A DNA stretch of 40,285 bases. It comes from Anderseniella sp. Lineage in GTDB: Bacteria > Pseudomonadota > Alphaproteobacteria > Rhizobiales > Aestuariivirgaceae. The DNA is taken from positions 1 to 40,285 of the forward strand of contig JAWVYF010000001.1 of the NCBI GenBank assembly GCA_033722845.1, read 5' to 3'. The notes beneath the pieces were generated by a model. The model searched no databases. It saw only the letters and a list, made by a program, of their open reading frames with translations, and was not told the DNA's origin. Within the stretch, counting starts at the first letter, position 1; every line of letters starts with the position of its first letter. Shown in pieces: positions 9,611 through 22,490 of the stretch. The translations under genes were made by a program, and so were the position numbers.

Positions 9611-10096
9611 ATGACCGGACCAGACGCACAAAACGATCCTGTTATCTGCACAGACGGCCGCCAGTCCGAAACTGCAGCTGCCATTCAGCGCGGCGTCGGG
9701 CGGATGTTGCGCGGCGCAGGATTTGCCTGCGTGCCTGAGCTGTCTCTCGCAAACGGACGCCGTGCCGACCTGCTGGCGCTTGGCAAAAAGGGCGAAATCT
9801 GGATCGTCGAGATCAAGTCTTCGCCGGCAGACTATCTCTCCGACAGCAAGTGGCGCGACTACATGGACTTCTGCGACAGGTTCTACTTTGCCATTCCGCC
9901 TGACATGGACCCAGCCCTCATAGACAATCAGGCGGGGCTCATAATTGCAGACGCCTGGGGTGCAGAGATTGTGCGGGAAGCCAATGAAGAGAAGCTCGCC
10001 AGCGCGCGTCGCAAGGCAGTTACGCTTCTCCTTGCTCGTGCGGCGGCCATGCGGCTGCAGTCGGCAGCCGACCCGAACGCAGACAACCTGCTTTGA
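9611..10096 (+). CDS. mmcB: MmcB family DNA repair protein (PD-(D/E)xK-type)
   Basis: PELSLANGRRADL...IWIVEIKSS..D...D.KW.DY..FCDRFYFA; adjacency to regA is typical of Rhizobiales. Confidence 0.85.
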   Translation: MTGPDAQNDPVICTDGRQSETAAAIQRGVGRMLRGAGFACVPELSLANGRRADLLALGKKGEIWIVEIKSSPADYLSDSKWRDYMDFCDRFYFAIPPDMDPALIDNQAGLIIADAWGAEIVREANEEKLASARRKAVTLLLARAAAMRLQSAADPNADNLL

Positions 10097-10112
10097 TCAC
10101 AAAGGCCGGCCC

Positions 10113-10658
10113 TCAGCGCGGGGCGCGCTTGGCAAGAATGCGCTGCAAGGTACGCCGGTGCATGTTGAGCCGCCGTGCCGTCTCCGACACATTGCGGTTG
10201 CACAGTTCATAGACCCGCTGAATGTGCTCCCAACGAACCCGGTCAGCTGACATCGGATTTTCCGGCAAGGCGGCACGGGCGTCGGCATCTGCCATGAGGG
10301 CGCCGTACACGGCATCGGCGTCTGCCGGCTTGGCGAGGTAGTCGGCTGCACCAATCTTGACCGCGGACACGGCGGTGGCGATGTTGCCATAACCGGTCAG
10401 CACCACAGCGCGGGCATCAGGCCGAACCGCATGAATGGCTTCAACAACATCCAGCCCATTGCCATCTTCAAGACGCAGGTCCACCACCGCATAGGCAGGT
10501 GGCTGCTTCTTCACCTCGCCGAGTGCTTCGCTCACGCTCTGGCACATACGCACCTCGAAACCGCGGCTTTCCATGGCGCGGCCAAGGCGCTGCAGAAACG
10601 GGCGGTCATCGTCGACCAGAAGGAGTGACTTGTCGCCTTCAGGCAAAGTGTCAGTCAT
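10113..10658 (-). CDS. regA: Redox response regulator RegA/PrrA/ActR
   Basis: Receiver LLLVDDD...VVDLRL...LTGYGNIATAV; signature ENPMSADRVRWEHIQRVYELCNRNVSETARRLNMHRRTLQRILAKRAPR. Start ATG 10658. Confidence 0.96.
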   Translation of the reverse strand: MTDTLPEGDKSLLLVDDDRPFLQRLGRAMESRGFEVRMCQSVSEALGEVKKQPPAYAVVDLRLEDGNGLDVVEAIHAVRPDARAVVLTGYGNIATAVSAVKIGAADYLAKPADADAVYGALMADADARAALPENPMSADRVRWEHIQRVYELCNRNVSETARRLNMHRRTLQRILAKRAPR

Positions 10659-10749
10659 CAGTTTTATCCGGTGCCGTTCAAACTTCGGTTGATTGTCAGA
10701 CAGTATACACAGCTGTTGCTGCACTTAATGTGGGCCAGTCTTCACAAAA

Positions 10750-12156
10750 TCACAACCCGCCAAGCGGAACCTCTGCAGCTTCGATCGCATCGCGCGGCCA
10801 GACGATGCGAACGACGGCCCCGGTTTCGGGGCTTGCCCGATTGGCAAGATTGACCTGGGCGCCGGAGCGCTCAAGCAACGTTTTCGCGATGAAGAAGCCC
10901 AGACCCATCCCGCCGCTGCCGTCGCGCCGGCTCGTATCCGGGCCGGAATACCTGCTGCGGCTGGTGACAAACGGATCGCCAAGGCGCTCCATGACCGCTG
11001 GAGAAAAACCTGGTCCGTCATCGCTGATGGTCAGGCTGAGCTGTTCCTGTGACCACGAAATGCGCACTGTCACACGTGTCTGGGCGAAATCGACCGCGTT
11101 CTCCATGAGATTGACGATCGCATACTTGATGGCCGTGTTGCGCTGCAGAACCGGTTCCGGCAGCAACTGGCCTTGCCGGTCGGTCTTGGGCTCGACATCG
11201 AACAGGATCGCCACATCCGAGCCGCTCAGCGGTTCAGCGACCTCCTCGGCCAATACGGTCATGCGGACCGTCTGCATCATTGCATCAGACTGACTGTCCC
11301 GGCGGGTCAACCGCGACAGGATTTCCCGGCAACGCTGCGACTGGGACACCAGCAAGTCCAGGTCGTCGGCCTGCGGTCCATCCAGGTTCAGTTCCCGTTT
11401 CAGCTCCTTGGCAACCAGCGAAATGGTAGCGAGCGGTGTGCCGAGCTCATGCGCGGCGGCAGCGGCCAGACCATCAAGTGCCGACAGCTGCTGCTCATGC
11501 GCCAGCGCCACCTCGGTGGCGGCCAGCGCATTTGCCATGTCACGGGCTTCGCTGGCGACCGAATTGACATACAGTGCGGAAAACAGGGTTCCACAGACCA
11601 GTGCGGTCCAGATGCCGAACTTGTACAGATCGGGCAGGACCAGTGGCTCACCTGCAAACCAGGGCAGCGGCAGGTGATAATAGGCCAGCACGGTGCTGAG
11701 GATGATGGCGAGACCCGCCAGCAGCAAGGTCCGGCTGATCGGCATGGTGGCTGCCGACACGGTGACGGGCACGATGAACAAAAAGGCGAACGGGTTCGCC
11801 AGCCCGCCAGTCATGTACAGCAGGATAGCCAGTTGCAGGATATCATAGGCCAGCAAAAGTGCTGCATAACGCTCATGAAGCCGCGCCGTTACGTGCCAGC
11901 CCAGCGACAATGCAATGTTCACCCACGCCGACAGGGCTATGAACGTCAGGCAAATGCCAAGCGGCAGGTCAAACCCAAGCCACAGATACACGAACAGAAC
12001 GGCAATCAATTGGCCGGTTACGGCAAGCCAGCGCAGGCGGACAGACGTACGCAGCCGCAAGCCTTCATGAGACAAGAAGCCGTGCCCGTCCTGCGCTGCC
12101 ACAGCGCCGGACCCGGCTGATGTCGGAGAGAGCTTTTCTGTCGTTGCATCCACCAT
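10750..12156 (-). CDS. regB: Redox sensor histidine kinase RegB/PrrB/ActS
   Basis: TM N-terminus with quinone motif GGLANPF; H-box AAAAAHELGTPL; redox Cys in QRCREIL; NAVDFA, DDGPGF, GMGLGFFI. Start ATG 12156. Confidence 0.95.
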   Translation of the reverse strand: MVDATTEKLSPTSAGSGAVAAQDGHGFLSHEGLRLRTSVRLRWLAVTGQLIAVLFVYLWLGFDLPLGICLTFIALSAWVNIALSLGWHVTARLHERYAALLLAYDILQLAILLYMTGGLANPFAFLFIVPVTVSAATMPISRTLLLAGLAIILSTVLAYYHLPLPWFAGEPLVLPDLYKFGIWTALVCGTLFSALYVNSVASEARDMANALAATEVALAHEQQLSALDGLAAAAAHELGTPLATISLVAKELKRELNLDGPQADDLDLLVSQSQRCREILSRLTRRDSQSDAMMQTVRMTVLAEEVAEPLSGSDVAILFDVEPKTDRQGQLLPEPVLQRNTAIKYAIVNLMENAVDFAQTRVTVRISWSQEQLSLTISDDGPGFSPAVMERLGDPFVTSRSRYSGPDTSRRDGSGGMGLGFFIAKTLLERSGAQVNLANRASPETGAVVRIVWPRDAIEAAEVPLGGL

Positions 12157-12261
12157 TGGCGGGCGGCTTTCCAGCTGTTTGCGATATGAAGTGTTGCGCA
12201 GAAGGTAATCCAGTGCAGCACACCAGTACAAGCGGCGGCATGTCTGCGTGATGGCTGGCTT

Positions 12262-12276
12262 GCGACGGGCTGTCGC
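12262..12276. promoter_or_regulatory. Candidate RegA/RegR box in the divergent regB-senC promoter
   Basis: GCGAC-GGGCT-GTCGC is a perfect inverted repeat fitting the GCG(G/A)C-N5-GTCGC type site; a weaker copy GCGGC-GGCAT-GTCTG lies at 12232-12246. Confidence 0.6.
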
Positions 12277-12314
12277 TTTGCGCAGTCCCTGCGTGTCACC
12301 ATATGACTGTCGTC

Positions 12315-12929
12315 ATGAACAGGTCATCGCTTATCCTTGCCGTTTGCGCCCTTGCCGTGGCACTCGGCGCGCTGGCAACATCGTTGCTGTATTCGCCATC
12401 GGTGCGCATGGGCGAGGTCGTCAGTTCCGGCAACGCACTCGTTGGCGGCGCGTTTGAAGCCACCGACCACACCGGAAAACGCGTGACCCATGAGGACTTC
12501 GCCGGCAAGTATGCGCTCTATTATTTCGGCTACACCTACTGTCCGGACGTCTGTCCGGCGGAACTGCAGGTCATATCAGCTGCCCTGAACGAGGTTCCGG
12601 GTGCAGCCGAGAACGTTCAGGTGATCTTTGTCAGCATCGATCCGGCACGCGATACGCCCGAAATCATGAAGGACTACGTGGCCAATTTCTGGCCCGGCAC
12701 TGTGGGTCTCACCGGTTCGGAAGAAGACATTCGCAATGTCGCCGGCAAGTTCCGCGTCTACTACAACAAGGTCGCACAGGACGGTGACACCAGCGGCGAC
12801 GACTACCTCATGGACCACAGCTCGTTTGTCTACCTGATGGGGCCGGACGGAAAGTTCATCCGGCATTTCCCTTATGGCACCTCTGCTGACGAGATGGCCA
12901 AGGCCCTGAAATCCGAGATTAAAACCTAG
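12315..12929 (+). CDS. senC: SCO family copper chaperone (SenC/PrrC)
   Basis: N-terminal TM anchor; YFGYTYCPDVCP (CxxxC); SIDPARDT; DHSS copper His; divergent from regB. Confidence 0.9.
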   Translation: MNRSSLILAVCALAVALGALATSLLYSPSVRMGEVVSSGNALVGGAFEATDHTGKRVTHEDFAGKYALYYFGYTYCPDVCPAELQVISAALNEVPGAAENVQVIFVSIDPARDTPEIMKDYVANFWPGTVGLTGSEEDIRNVAGKFRVYYNKVAQDGDTSGDDYLMDHSSFVYLMGPDGKFIRHFPYGTSADEMAKALKSEIKT

Positions 12930-13006
12930 GCTCTGTCCATTTTTGCACAAATTTTGTGCGGTCAGGGCGTTGCTTTGGGCAATTGCTCTTGCATGGGCTT
13001 TTTGCT

Positions 13007-13023
13007 ATGTTGCACTGCAACAT
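13007..13023. promoter_or_regulatory. Candidate PhaR (AniA) operator upstream of phaZ
   Basis: Perfect inverted repeat ATGTTGCA-C-TGCAACAT with a TGC-N3-GCA core, 55 bp before the phaZ ATG; second inverted repeat GCACAAA-T-TTTGTGC at 12945-12959. Confidence 0.5.
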
Positions 13024-13077
13024 GATCTGCCCTAGGTTGCAGGTCAACAGATCAGTTTCAGAAACGACGGGACCGCC

Positions 13078-14325
<1,248 letters not shown>

Positions 14326-14408
14326 TTGATCGGTTCCGGCAAATCGTGACACACTCGGCTTGCACGGTGATCGAATCACCGTGATGCAGCCGACCCATGT
14401 GAACACCC

Positions 14409-15170
14409 ATGCCACTGACCCAGCTCAAGCGCCTGATCAGTTCGCCCGGCCATGATGACGAGGCACCCGACACAATGGTGCTCGATGGTCGCAGTGTACC
14501 TGTACGATACCGGCGCAATGCCCGGGCCCGGCGGATCATCATGCGCATGGACAAGCAGGCCCAGGGCATTGTCCTCACTGTTCCGGAAGGCACCAGCTTT
14601 ACCCGCGCGCTGGAGTTTGCGCATTCCCAGTCGGGCTGGATCTGGCAGCGGCTCGAGCCCGAATTGCCGGGCGGAACGGCTGACCTGCATGGCATCGCCA
14701 TCACCATTCGCGGTGTCGAGCACCTGATCGAGGTGAGTGAGCAAAGCCGCGGTGTGCCGGTGCACATTCAGGACCTGCCAGCACCCACCCTGAAGGTGCG
14801 TGGGGCGCGTGAACACATGCCACGTCGCATCATCGACTTCATGAAGCGCGAGGCGCGTACCGACCTGGAGCGTGCGTCCAATTCATATGCGATGGCCATG
14901 GGCACCAGCTACAAGACGCTAACCGTGCGCGACACCACAAGCCGCTGGGGATCGTGTTCAAGCACCGGCACGTTGTCCTACTCGTGGCGGCTGATCATGG
15001 CGCCACCAAGAGTGCTCGACTATGTCGCCGCACATGAGGTTGCACATCTTCTGGAGATGAACCACGGCCCTGATTTCTGGGCACTGGTCTATGACAACTG
15101 CCCGCATACGGACTGGGCGAGGCGATGGTTGCGCAAAAACGGTCAGACCCTGCACAAGCTGCCGATCTGA
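14409..15170 (+). CDS. YgjP/DUF45 (M48-like) zinc metallohydrolase
   Basis: SRWGSCS, LSYSWRL, DYVAAHEVAHLLEMNH (HExxH). Confidence 0.88.
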   Translation: MPLTQLKRLISSPGHDDEAPDTMVLDGRSVPVRYRRNARARRIIMRMDKQAQGIVLTVPEGTSFTRALEFAHSQSGWIWQRLEPELPGGTADLHGIAITIRGVEHLIEVSEQSRGVPVHIQDLPAPTLKVRGAREHMPRRIIDFMKREARTDLERASNSYAMAMGTSYKTLTVRDTTSRWGSCSSTGTLSYSWRLIMAPPRVLDYVAAHEVAHLLEMNHGPDFWALVYDNCPHTDWARRWLRKNGQTLHKLPI

Positions 15171-15181
15171 CCGGAAAACAG

Positions 15182-17296
15182 CTAGCGCGTTTGCAACATC
15201 TGCTCGCGTTGACGCTGTGAGAAGCTCTTTGCAGGCCGCTGCTGCTGGCGGGGCTGCGGCTCCACGACAACCGGCTCAGGGTCACGGCTGCCGAAAATGT
15301 TGCGCAGGCTGTCGACAAACCCGCCGCCATCGTTGCGCTGTTCTTCCGGTGTCGGGGCATAGGCAATTGCCGGTTCGTCCGGTTCGAAATACCCCGGCAG
15401 CGGCACGGCATCGCGGTTGGCGTGGGCCGGACGCATGACGGCAGCAAATATCCTCGCCGGCATCGAGCCGCCGGTGACATTGTTTGTCGGGCTGTTGTTG
15501 TCATTGCCAACCCACACGCCCGTTACGAGGTGCGAAGTGTAGCCAATGAACCAGGCATCGCGGTAATCCTGCGACGTACCGGTCTTGCCAGCCGTCTCGT
15601 GGCCTTCAATTGCGGCAGCACGGCCGGTTCCATCCTCGACCACCTGGCGCATCATGTAGTTCATCGCACCCAGGGACTCGAAGGATATGACCTGGCCCGG
15701 ACCACCGCCGGAGCGTTCATAAAGTACCTTGCCTTCACGCGTGGTGATACGGGTTATGACGTGCGGCAGCACCCCGCTGCCACCATTGGCAAACGGAACG
15801 TAGGCCGAAGTCATCTCAAGCAGGCTGACTTCTGACGTGCCGAGCGCAATCGAGGCGTTATTGACCAGCGGCGACGCGATGCCGAGCCGGCGCGCTGTCG
15901 CTGCAACGTTCTCAGGACCGACCTCCATGGCAACCTTGGCGGCCACCGTATTGATGGACTTCGCCAGTGCCGTGGTCAGCTTGACCGGACCAAGGTGTTT
16001 CTTCTTGTAATTGTCGGGTGACCAGTCGCCATAGGTCACCGGCTCATCGATCTTGACCGTGTTCGGGGTCATGCCGGCATCGATTGCAGCGAGATAAACA
16101 AATGGCTTGAACGACGATCCGGGCTGGCGCTTTGCCTTCACCGCACGATTGAACTGACTCTTGATGTAGGACCGTCCGCCAATCATGGCGCGCACGGCAC
16201 CAGTCGTATCCATCACGACCATTGCAGCCTGCTCAGTCTTGAGCTTCTTGCCGTTCTTCGACAATTCGGCGCGCAATGCCTTTTCCGAGTTGGCCTGCAA
16301 TTCGGGATCAATGGTGGTTTCCACCACCACGGAATCTTTCAGTTCGCCGATCAGGTCGGGCAATGTTTCATTGACCCAGTTGACCACATAGCGCTTGGCA
16401 GGAACGTAGGTTGAGCCTGGCGCGCGCGCCTGCACGCCGCGGGTGGCATCGGCTTCGGCCTGGGTGATGAAGCCGGCCTTGACCATATCATTGAGCACTT
16501 CGCGAGCGCGTTCATTCGCTCTCGTGGTTGAGGCAATCGGGTTGTAGCGGCTGGGCGCCTTCAGGACAGCCGCCAGCACTGCTGCCTCTGCGAGGTTTAC
16601 ATCACGCGCCGATTTGCTGAAGAACCTTTGCGCTGCCTTATCGATGCCCGTTGCACCAGCACCAAAATAGACCCGGTTGACGTAGAGCTGCAGGATCTCG
16701 TCCTTGGAGTACTTGCTTTCCAGCCAGATCGCGAGGACCGCTTCCTGCATCTTGCGTTCCAGCGTGCGTTCCGGCTTGAGAAACAGGTTCTTGGCAAGCT
16801 GCTGGGTGATGGTCGAGCCGCCCTGGACGGTGGCCCCTGCACGCCAGTTGGCATAAAGCGCACGGGCAATGCCAATCGGGTCAACGCCGAAATGCGAATA
16901 GAACCGGCGGTCTTCAATGGCAATGATGGCCTGTGGCACATACGGCGGAAGCTCGTCGATACGCACCGCATCGCCAAAGAACGCACCGCGTTCGGCAAGT
17001 ACCGATCCGTCGGCGGCCAGCAACATGATGCCGGGTTCGCGCTCAGGGATGTTGAACAGGCCTTGCTTGTCGAGATTGACGAAAAGATAGCCGGTGGTGG
17101 CAAACACCGCGATCATGGCCCACAAGCCCAGCATCATGCCCCATGACATGACCCTGAAAATCAGCGGTTTGCGGCGGCGGGCTTTCTTGCCGGGCTTGCC
17201 GGCGTCTGCCTTGCGCCGAGGCCCCGGACCGGAAAACACCGGCTCGCGCCGCTGGGGCAGTTTCTTGCTTTTACCGAACCCGAACACCTGGAGCAC
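15182..17296 (-). CDS. Class A penicillin-binding protein (PBP1A family transglycosylase/transpeptidase)
   Basis: EDRRFYSHFGVD, GGSTITQQLAKN, RKMQE; transpeptidase SSFK, SIN, KTGT. Probable GTG start at 17296 after AAGGAAG. Confidence 0.93.
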   Translation of the reverse strand: MLQVFGFGKSKKLPQRREPVFSGPGPRRKADAGKPGKKARRRKPLIFRVMSWGMMLGLWAMIAVFATTGYLFVNLDKQGLFNIPEREPGIMLLAADGSVLAERGAFFGDAVRIDELPPYVPQAIIAIEDRRFYSHFGVDPIGIARALYANWRAGATVQGGSTITQQLAKNLFLKPERTLERKMQEAVLAIWLESKYSKDEILQLYVNRVYFGAGATGIDKAAQRFFSKSARDVNLAEAAVLAAVLKAPSRYNPIASTTRANERAREVLNDMVKAGFITQAEADATRGVQARAPGSTYVPAKRYVVNWVNETLPDLIGELKDSVVVETTIDPELQANSEKALRAELSKNGKKLKTEQAAMVVMDTTGAVRAMIGGRSYIKSQFNRAVKAKRQPGSSFKPFVYLAAIDAGMTPNTVKIDEPVTYGDWSPDNYKKKHLGPVKLTTALAKSINTVAAKVAMEVGPENVAATARRLGIASPLVNNASIALGTSEVSLLEMTSAYVPFANGGSGVLPHVITRITTREGKVLYERSGGGPGQVISFESLGAMNYMMRQVVEDGTGRAAAIEGHETAGKTGTSQDYRDAWFIGYTSHLVTGVWVGNDNNSPTNNVTGGSMPARIFAAVMRPAHANRDAVPLPGYFEPDEPAIAYAPTPEEQRNDGGGFVDSLRNIFGSRDPEPVVVEPQPRQQQRPAKSFSQRQREQMLQTR

Positions 17297-17374
17297 ACTT
17301 CCTTGTGGGTCTTTTGGGTTTTCCTGCCAGCCCTGGCTGCTGCAGCATACCGGGCGCAACCTAACGGTTGCACG

Positions 17375-17390
17375 TTAACCGGCTGTTAAC
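17375..17390. promoter_or_regulatory. CtrA binding site upstream of the PBP1A gene
   Basis: TTAA-CCGGCTG-TTAAC matches TTAA-N7-TTAAC on both strands; flanked by extra TAAC half-sites. Confidence 0.78.
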
Positions 17391-17495
17391 GCTAACAATC
17401 CGGGTAACCACAGCCATCACCTGACCACCCTTTGCCATGAAGTGGGCCTTAAACGTGTCACTACAATGGCAAGCCCTTGTCACCCGGCGGCGGCG

Positions 17496-21106
<3,611 letters not shown>

Positions 21107-21162
21107 CGGGGCCAAACGGTCAAGCTCCTCGCGAGGCAGGCGGCCGGAGCCTGAGCCTGCCG

Positions 21163-22272
21163 TCAGACGCGCATCGGCATCAGCACGTACAAAACGCGCT
21201 CGTCGGTGGCATCCTTCAATATGGTGGGCGAGCCTGAATCTGACAACATGAAGGTAATGCTGTCGCCCTTGAACTGGCTGGCGATGTCGAGCAGGTAGCG
21301 CGAATTGAAACCGACATCGATCGGGTCAGCCGAATAGCTGGCCGCAATCTCTTCTTCCGCCGAGCCCGAATCCGGGTTGTTGACAGTCAGCGTCAGCCGG
21401 TCAGACGCGATGTTGAGCTTTACTGCCCGGCCCTTCTCGCTGGAGATTGTCGAAACGCGGTCAACGGCCTGGGCGAACAGACGGGTATCGACGTCCATCT
21501 GCTTGTCGTTGTTGGCCGGGATGACCCGCTCATAATCGGGGAAGGTGCCATCGATCAGCTTTGAGGTCAGCACCATCTGGTCAATCTCGAAGCGGATCTT
21601 CGAGGCCGACAGCGACACCGCCACTTCGCCATCCTCGTCCTCGATCAGCTTGGCCAGTTCGAGCACCGTCTTGCGCGGCACGATAACGCCGGGCATGCCG
21701 GCAGCGCCCTCAGGGGCCGGCAGCTCGACGCGGGCAAGCCGGTGGCCGTCAGTGGCGACGGCGCGCATGGCACCGGAGTCGAGGGCATGAATGTAGATGC
21801 CGTTCAGATAGTACCTGGTCTCTTCGGTCGAAATGGCAAACCGGGTCTTGTCGATCATCTGCTTGAGGTCGGCAGCTGCGATGGTGAACGAATGGGTCGC
21901 CTCACCGCTGGCGAGATCGGGAAAGTCCTGCGGCGGCAGCGCCTGCAGCGAAAACCGCGACCGCCCGGCAATGACCGCCAGCCGGCCCTCGTCCGGGCCC
22001 TGCTCCAGTTGCAGCTGCGCACCATCGGGCAGTTTGCGCACGATGTCGTACAGCATGTGTGCCGGCACCGTGGTCGAGCCAGGCTGGCCGATATCAGCAG
22101 ATGTCTGCTCGACGATCTCGATGTCCAGGTCGGTGGCCGTCAGCTTCAGCGCGCCATCGCTGGCTTGCAGCAGCACGTTCGACAGGATCGGAATGGTGTT
22201 GCGCCGCTCGACCACGGACTGCACATGGTTGAGTGACTTCAAGAACGTGCCGCGTTCGATGGTAACCCGCAT
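21163..22272 (-). CDS. dnaN: DNA polymerase III beta sliding clamp
   Basis: VERRNTIPILSN, ATDLD, EETRYYLNG, ATDGHRLA, LIDGTFPDY, C-terminal VLMPMRV. Confidence 0.99.
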   Translation of the reverse strand: MRVTIERGTFLKSLNHVQSVVERRNTIPILSNVLLQASDGALKLTATDLDIEIVEQTSADIGQPGSTTVPAHMLYDIVRKLPDGAQLQLEQGPDEGRLAVIAGRSRFSLQALPPQDFPDLASGEATHSFTIAAADLKQMIDKTRFAISTEETRYYLNGIYIHALDSGAMRAVATDGHRLARVELPAPEGAAGMPGVIVPRKTVLELAKLIEDEDGEVAVSLSASKIRFEIDQMVLTSKLIDGTFPDYERVIPANNDKQMDVDTRLFAQAVDRVSTISSEKGRAVKLNIASDRLTLTVNNPDSGSAEEEIAASYSADPIDVGFNSRYLLDIASQFKGDSITFMLSDSGSPTILKDATDERVLYVLMPMRV

Positions 22273-22428
22273 CTGACTTCAACATCCCTGGTATTGTGAC
22301 TGTCCGGAAGGGCCTGCCTGCCAAGACGACGGCAGCTGGTGTGCGTTTGCCCCCTCCAGGCAAAACGGACACAGACTTAAGCCGTTTGCGCCCATTTACG
22401 CAAGTCTTGCCGCCATTGACCGCGCTGA

Positions 22429-22437
22429 TGTGGAAAA
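22429..22437 (-). promoter_or_regulatory. Single DnaA-box consensus match between dnaA and dnaN
   Basis: Minus strand TTTTCCACA fits TTWTNCACA. Confidence 0.4.
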
Positions 22438-22464
22438 CCGGCCAGCGGGCAACCGCAAGCCGGT
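22433..22464 (-). terminator. Terminator-like hairpin after dnaA
   Basis: Minus strand ACCGGCTTGCGG-TTGC-CCGCTGGCCGGT followed by TTTCC. Confidence 0.5.
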
Positions 22465-22490
22465 CTTTGTCGCTTTTCGGGCGCGTGCGC

